The position numbers were made by a program, and so were the translations under genes. DNA of 64,000 nt, from the NCBI GenBank assembly GCA_000388065.2, contig KB932202.1; one strand, 5' to 3'. This document shows, piece after piece, positions 60,684-64,000 of the stretch. Source of the DNA: Fonticula alba ATCC 38817. Taxonomy: Eukaryota; Protista; Nucleariida. Within the stretch, counting starts at the first letter, position 1, and every line of letters starts with the position of its first letter. Below the pieces are notes generated by a model. It did not search any database and was not told the DNA's origin. It saw only the letters and a program-made list of their open reading frames with translations.

Positions 60684-61488
60684 CTAACGCCAAACTTGAC
60701 GGGAGTAGAGCTGCGATCCAAAGAGATACAGGCCATAGGAGAAGGAAGCCACCAGGATGAGGAGGGTTGTTTTGACGGTCGGCGAGAAAACCCGCCGCCG
60801 GCGGTACCGAGCCTGGTGATGGATGAGCATGGGCGTGGTGGGAATGGAGGAGGTGGCCGAAGCGGAGAGAGACCCGCCCGAGGGGGAATCCGGCAGATGG
60901 GGGAAGTCGCCGGTGCTGTGCAAGAACGGGTCTTGGGAATATGCGTGACCGCCGCCGACACCGCCCCCGCCACCGGTCCGCGCCGATCGAAGGGCCAGCA
61001 CAAGCGATCTCGGGGGAGCCAAGACAAGACGGCCAAGGCGCCGGGCCAAGTGGGCCAGCAGCGTGAGGACAACGCGCGCGCGCCCCACACCGGCCGGGCT
61101 TGACCAATCGCCACCGGGACTGCTCAATCGCGGGTCCGACGTGTGGCCTCCGGCATTGGGGAATGAAGAAGAAAAAGCGAAGGAAGAGGAAGCAGAGGAA
61201 GAGGCCGCAGACGAAGAAGCGGAAAGGTCCGGGCGGTGGCGTCCCGAGCGAAAGGTGACCGGCCGGGGAAGGAGCTCGGGGGAGGCGGCGTCTCCGCCGC
61301 CCGTGCCAGGGCCGCCATTGGCCCCGGCCCCGGCAAGGGGATTGCCGATCCGAAAGGACCGGCTGCTATCACCAATGCCGGAGGAGCCCCGGCCGGAAGC
61401 GCGCCCCCGATCGGCATACGGCCACCATCGACCCATTGCCGCCAGCAGGGTGCCCAAGAGACCGGCATCGTCGAGATCACTGGTGGTG
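60684..61488 (-). CDS. Second-frame coding segment (~265 aa) ending in a basic patch and hydrophobic tail; probable alternative USP C-terminus or a separate small gene
   Basis: Part of ORF 60684..61829. The codons are GC3-rich and of the same low-complexity style as neighbouring genes. It ends RYRRRRVFSPTVKTTLLILVASFSYGLYLFGSQLYSRQVWR*. Confidence 0.5.
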
Positions 61489-64000
61489 CTGGTGGTGGTG
61501 GAAAGGGCCGCCCCCGATCCCAGGGTAGGGAGGGGGAGGAAGTTCCTCCAGCCGGGCGAGTCGGGGAGTGGCATCTCCCCCATCGTGGCCGCCGTCGAGG
61601 TCGGCTCCGTCGTCATCGTCATCATCATCCCCGAGGCTGCCCCCGAGGCCGACATAGCCTCCATGGTGGTAGCCACCACCAAAGCCGACGGCGCCGGCGG
61701 CACAAGGCGCCGGTAGATCATATCCAACACCAAGACCATCCGCTGCAGCGGGCCGGCCAACACCGGCGGCACCGGAATCACCAGCACCGGTCGGGGAACT
61801 GTCCCGCCGAAAGGTACGGCGGACCACATACTCCGAGGGCTTGGGCTGAAAGTGGTCTGGCAGCTCGGCCGACGCCCCGCGGCGCTGGTAAATCAGGACA
61901 TATGCCTCGCGCTGGCAGAATCGCGTCTCCGGCCGGGCCGAGCTATCATCAAACTCAAACCACACCCCAGGCTGCTGGGCATCCGGCCGAGACGTGGTCG
62001 CCAGGGTGGCCGGCTGCTGGTGGGCCTGAGGCCGCCAGAGGGGCTGGTCATCGGCCAGATCCTCGAAGTCCTCATCGGCCAGGTCGCCGGCCAGGTCGCC
62101 GGTAGCCTCCTTGCCCGGGCCCGGGCCCGGGCCCGGGCCATTGGCACCATCGGCCACCGGGACGCGGCATGTGGCTGTGTAGTGCCCGCCATACAGGGAT
62201 CCGGTGTGATTGGACACAGCCACAAGGTCGTAGAGCCCCGGGTCGGGGCCGACCCCGGCCAGTGTCTGGCCGATGTACGGCCGCAAGTCCAGGCCCTCGT
62301 ACGGGTAATCCACCAGGGTGGTGGTCTTGGAGGAGTGGCCATAGTGCGTGGTCTTGAAGCGCTTCAGATGGATGATCAGCACATCTGGCACGCTCCAGAG
62401 GCTGAGGCGCTTGTGCGCCCGGCGGTGGGTCTTGCAGTTGGGGCAGTACCACTCGTTGTCATTTTGCAGGGTCTCCAGCTCGGAGAAGCGCTCGATGCAG
62501 CTGAGGAGCGTCAGGCTCGGAGTGGCCGTGTCACGGACGATGGTGATGCCATGATGGGTGGAGCTCTGCATGTCGATGAAGTTGAGCTGAAGAGGGACCG
62601 AGAAAAAGCCGGGGCAGGGGGAGGGGGGGGCGGAAACCCCAGAAGAGGGTGTGAGAAACAAAAGCACATAAGAACAAGAGGGGGGAGGAGGGGAGGGGGG
62701 GGGAGGTAGCCCAGCAAACAAGGACAGAAGACCGACAGTAAGGTGGCTGGAGGGTGCCTTCGTACCTGGACATTGAAGTAGCTCGGAGGCACCACAACAA
62801 GCGGAATGAAGCAGGCCCCCATGCGAGCGGCCTGCAGGTAGAGGGTGTCACCCTGGCGGATGCTGTAGGTGGGAACACACCACCAGTTGGGCTCGACCGC
62901 CGACTCGCCGGACCTGAATTGGAAAGAGAGCTTCTGCCGGCAGATGTCCTCCAGCGTATGGAATGGCGCTGCCACAGCGTCATCCTCCTCGTCCTCCTGC
63001 TCCTGCTCAACGTCAAGGTCGGCCTTGATGGCTTCCGCGGCGAGGGCATCCCTCTCGGACTCCTGCCGATGGTGCTGCTTGCCCTGCTGGCCCTTGAGGG
63101 GGATCTCGTCCTCTGGATGATCGAGGGCTTGCTCGTCCTCCTCCTCCTCGTCCTCCTTCTCGGCTTCCTCGTGGAGGATGCTTTGCTGCGAGGGGGTCGT
63201 CCGGAGGCTGAGCTCGGTCGGCGCACCGGAGGCCGGACCAAAGGCACCCCCATGCTCCTGCGTCGAGGAGGAATAGAGCGACGCCGTCAGGGTGGAGTCA
63301 TTCATAGAGGGGGAGCTGGCATCCAGAGCAAACGGCGTCGAGGTGTCGGACATGGTGGAAGCCCCGGCCGAAGTCGGGGCGTCCAGGCCGAACTCCTGCT
63401 TGAGCGTGGCCGCAGTAACCTTCTCGCAGCTTGTGACGATGCTTTTGGCGACAAGCTGGAAATAGTTATTGTGTAAGTCAATCTGATCCCTCTGCTCACG
63501 GGGGAGGGAAACCGAGTACTTGACCTCCGAGGGACGAGAGAAACTCGAAAAGCCCGAGTACTGGGGCGGGTCCGAGGTGGTGCCACGGAAGATGATCGAC
63601 GACAGGAAAGAATGCAAGTTCAGCAGGACGTAGCTGTGCCCATGGATGGGGTCCTGTGCGCGGGACTTCTCCAGGCACAGAACCAGCGGAGGATATTGCG
63701 CTGGGAGGGGGGGAAGGGAGCGGGGCGGGAAGGGGGCAGATGCAAGGAAGTTGGGCTGTGAGACACGTGCTGGCCAGTCGAAGAAGAAGCGAAAGAACAA
63801 GAAGCTCGATGCGTACTCCGAGCCATCTTCATGGAAATGGGGAAGAAGATCTGATCGTGGGCTGGGATGTCGGTTTCGACACTGTGCGAAAGGGGGAATA
63901 TCAAAAAGTCAGTCGCAAGATTGGAGAAGAGGGAGGGATGAGCAAGGGGGGGGGGGGGGGGGAAGGCCCACGACCGGGAAGAGAGGAGAGAGCGAGAGCG
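61477..64000 (-). CDS. Ubiquitin-specific protease, USP4/11/15/19 (Ubp12)-type, C-terminal part; 5' end beyond window
   Basis: Exons 63881-63817, 63700-62766 and 62586-61477. Motifs LLSCIERFSELETLQNDNEWYCPNCKTHRRAHKRLSLWSVPDVLIIHLKRF, YDLVAVSNHTGSLYGGHYTA (His box), WFEFDDSS and AYVLIYQRR. Confidence 0.92.

Noticed and set aside
1-64000. CRISPR arrays, transposons, rRNA or tRNA genes
   Set aside because: No repeat-spacer arrays, transposase or reverse transcriptase motifs, or recognisable structural RNA signatures seen by eye; a tRNAscan/Infernal run would be needed to exclude small RNAs.

Overview
This is a GC-rich, intron-containing eukaryotic genomic scaffold with about 9 N-gaps; it is not prokaryotic and shows no recognisable mobile element, CRISPR array or rRNA/tRNA. 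Its style is many GTGCGT/GTACGC/GTATGT donors, C-run and CT/CA-microsatellite introns, and proteins with long A/G/P-rich insertions. That resembles the nucleariid-related protist Fonticula alba (inference, not checked). Eleven spliced genes can be built by eye: Mediator MED14 (-, runs off the left end), an orphan coiled-coil protein (-), a ~1390-aa protein with an N-terminal anchor, LEA/perilipin-like and coiled-coil regions and a degenerate OBAP/DUF1264 domain (+), a 7TM-RGS protein (-), a ~5000-aa LYST/LvsB-type BEACH protein (-), DNA polymerase alpha subunit B (+), a Ugo1/SLC25A46-like carrier (-), MSS4/RABIF (+), Rab escort protein (-), a stand-alone SPX protein with a RING-like Cys-rich insert (+), and a USP4/15/19-type deubiquitinase (-, runs off the right end) that has a second-frame tail-anchored extension. 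Family calls come from remembered motifs, not database searches. Exon boundaries were read manually and outer coordinates are approximate where stated.
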